From an uncultured Chitinophagaceae bacterium (GTDB taxonomy: Bacteria > Bacteroidota > Bacteroidia > Chitinophagales > Chitinophagaceae): a stretch of 64,000 nucleotides of DNA. The stretch is taken from assembly GCA_963704395.1 (NCBI GenBank), contig OY969906.1, positions 884,935 through 948,934 on the forward strand, read 5' to 3'. How positions within the stretch are numbered: the stretch's first letter is position 1; each line of letters starts with the position of its first letter. The translations under genes and the position numbers were made by a program. Under the pieces are notes generated by a model. The model was given only the letters and a program-made list of their open reading frames with translations, had not been told where the DNA came from and did not search any database. This document shows, one piece after another, positions 61,839-64,000 of the stretch.

Positions 61839-63260
61839 TTACTTCCAGTCTTTTGGAGGTATACCATATATGCTTTTCAATTCCTTATATCGTATCCTTA
61901 ATTCTTCCAGTTTCATTTTATATTTTGGATTATTTGCCAGATTATCAGTTTCATGTGGGTCATGTTTTATATCAAACAACTCTTCATAATTATGCTCAAT
62001 ATATTTCATATACTTAAAATCCTTTGTAATCACTCCTTCCTCTCTTGGCAGCCGGAGACCGCCCAAAAAATAGTACTGATAAAAGAAATCTTTTCTTTGC
62101 GGAATCTTATTTTCGAGAAGGCTGATTAAATCAACACCCTGCATTGTCTTTGGAGGTGTAACACCCGCCATAGTTAGGATAGTGGGGGCAATATCAATAT
62201 TTAAAGCTATCTGTGGCGCTTTATATTGTTTGATTTTATCTGGCAAATCAGGATCATATATAAAGAGCGGCACCCTGACAGACTCTTCATATCCATACCA
62301 TTTTCCTTCCATTCCATGTTCTCCCAAAAACATTCCGTTATCCCCCATCAAAATAATAATGGTATTTTTAGCAATGCCCAATTGATCCAATTTCTTCCTC
62401 ATCTTCCCTAGTACATCGTCCACCCCTGTTATCAGACGATAATAATTTTTCACATTCTCCTGGAATAATTTAGGGGTTCCAAATAATCCTTTCCATCTTG
62501 CCCTGGCAAAGTTCGTATCAGTCCTGAAAAAAGATGGAAATTGATTCCAGTATTTAGGAGCAGCGGTTACCGGCTCAGGTATGGTTACATTTTCATAATA
62601 ATTTTTATACCTTGGCTGGATCACATAGGTAGGGGGATTCCCATCCTGTTCGTGCGGAGCTTTAAAACTTACCGAAAGGCAAAAGGGTTTTTTACTATCA
62701 CCATAATGATTTAAAAAGTTTTGAATGGCATGGCTCAAAGTATCGGTATCATGAATCTTATTTCCGCTTCTATCTGAAGTAATGTAATCCGGCTGCCCCT
62801 TGCCACCCGCCTCTGTGTTTACCCAAAAATCAAATAGTTGTTCAGGTGGATGATCACCTATTCCAAACTTGCCGATGAATCCTAAATTATATCCCGCATT
62901 TTTTAATATAGCAGGATAGGTAATTCCCACTTCTTTAGCAGACAAATCTGTACTAAAATCATTGATTTGATGACTGGATTCATATTGACCTGTTAATATA
63001 CTGGCACGACTAACACAACAAATAGAAGTAGTAACATACGCATTTTGAAATAATATGCCTGAGGTGGCCAACTTATCCATGTTCGGGGTTTTAATAATTG
63101 GATTACCCATGGCCCCCATTGCATCCCAACGCTGATCGTCTGTTAAGATAAAAATAATATTAGGACGTTTACCACTTTCCTTATTTTGCGCTTTAACATG
63201 TAAAAAACTTAATGCAAAAAAACTCAGGATAAACAATGTTTTTATTTTCGTTTGTTTCAT
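61839..63260 (-). CDS. Formylglycine-dependent (S1) sulfatase, secreted
   Basis: RPNIIFILTDDQR, CCVSRASILTG, GDNG, GKWYGYEESVRVP, ELFDIKHDPHE. Confidence 0.92.
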   Translation of the reverse strand: MKQTKIKTLFILSFFALSFLHVKAQNKESGKRPNIIFILTDDQRWDAMGAMGNPIIKTPNMDKLATSGILFQNAYVTTSICCVSRASILTGQYESSHQINDFSTDLSAKEVGITYPAILKNAGYNLGFIGKFGIGDHPPEQLFDFWVNTEAGGKGQPDYITSDRSGNKIHDTDTLSHAIQNFLNHYGDSKKPFCLSVSFKAPHEQDGNPPTYVIQPRYKNYYENVTIPEPVTAAPKYWNQFPSFFRTDTNFARARWKGLFGTPKLFQENVKNYYRLITGVDDVLGKMRKKLDQLGIAKNTIIILMGDNGMFLGEHGMEGKWYGYEESVRVPLFIYDPDLPDKIKQYKAPQIALNIDIAPTILTMAGVTPPKTMQGVDLISLLENKIPQRKDFFYQYYFLGGLRLPREEGVITKDFKYMKYIEHNYEELFDIKHDPHETDNLANNPKYKMKLEELRIRYKELKSIYGIPPKDWK

Positions 63261-63291
63261 TTTAGAATTTATTAGTTTTTTAATTCAACTT

Positions 63292-64000
63292 TTAATGATG
63301 CCATTTACCATTAGAATAATACGGGACTGTGCCGGTAAAATCTAACTTTGGATAATGGTACTTCCTGATATAAGATGGTCCGGAAAGAAACTTATCATGG
63401 GTAGCTTCCAACTTTTGATCCAGTATTTTATCAAGTTTTCTTTGCAAATCAATATATTTTGGATTACCGGCCAAATTATTCATTTGATATGGATCATTAT
63501 GATCATCAAATAACAACCACGGGCCTTTCAGATCGCGAACATAAGTATAGTCAGGCGTTCGAATTCCCCTGTATTCCTTTCCTCCCTTGCTTCTGATCCA
63601 TTCGCCAAAAGGTTGAATACACGTAATTATTGAAACGGTATCTTTAGGATCCTTTTGATTCCCCCTCAAATATTTGCTGAAATCAATTCCTTCCACAGTT
63701 TTTGGAATTTTTACACCGCTAAGCCCAAGAAGGGTTGGCATAATATCCTGAGAACTAATCATGGCCTCATAGTCGCCCTTTTTAATACCGTTCTTTCCGT
63801 TGTAATAAAACAACATCGGCACTTTGATAGACTCATCATAAGGCTGTTGCTTATGATACTGATCATGAGCCCCCAATAAGGCACCGTGATCTGATGTAAA
63901 TAAGATAATCGTTTTATCAAAAATTCCTTCTTTTTTTAATTCTTCAACAATTTGACCAACCATATCATCTAAAGCAGATATGTGAGCATAATAACCGGCC
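63292..64000 (-). CDS. S1 sulfatase, C-terminal part (runs off the window)
   Basis: YYAHISALDDMVG, FTSDHG, DESIKVP, DPYQMNNL; frame open to the window edge. Confidence 0.85.
   Translation of the reverse strand, partial: AGYYAHISALDDMVGQIVEELKKEGIFDKTIILFTSDHGALLGAHDQYHKQQPYDESIKVPMLFYYNGKNGIKKGDYEAMISSQDIMPTLLGLSGVKIPKTVEGIDFSKYLRGNQKDPKDTVSIITCIQPFGEWIRSKGGKEYRGIRTPDYTYVRDLKGPWLLFDDHNDPYQMNNLAGNPKYIDLQRKLDKILDQKLEATHDKFLSGPSYIRKYHYPKLDFTGTVPYYSNGKWHH

Noticed and set aside
1-64000. CRISPR arrays, tRNA/rRNA, prophage, defence systems
   Set aside because: No spaced repeats, RNA gene signatures or such protein motifs seen

Overview
AT-rich Bacteroidota chromosomal window; the protein styles suggest Chitinophagaceae (inference). 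From left to right it holds: a sialic-acid/hexosamine PUL (nanA, GH20, SusD, SusC, divergent FadR/GntR regulator); a cyclophilin; the dcw cell-division cluster (mraZ to ftsZ, no murF); a fossil IS5-family element with recognisable ends; an orphan sensor kinase; yqgE; an acyltransferase; an intact IS1182-family element in the loop of the fusA terminator; rpsL-rpsG-fusA; and housekeeping genes (ilvE, rdgB, ECF sigma and likely anti-sigma, aroE, comA-like, TPR protein, yidC, rplY, prs). A decayed zone follows (radC, IS630 and DUF7133/cytochrome c pseudogenes), then an L-rhamnose catabolic cluster lacking rhaB and two sulfatases at the right edge. No rRNA, tRNA or CRISPR array was seen. I found no clearly new multi-gene system. 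The best leads are non-coding or evolutionary: an IS that breaks a terminator while carrying a replacement one, DnaA boxes upstream of mraZ, candidate operators, and an apparent AT-to-GC drift in several pseudogenes. All family calls come from recalled motifs, not database searches.
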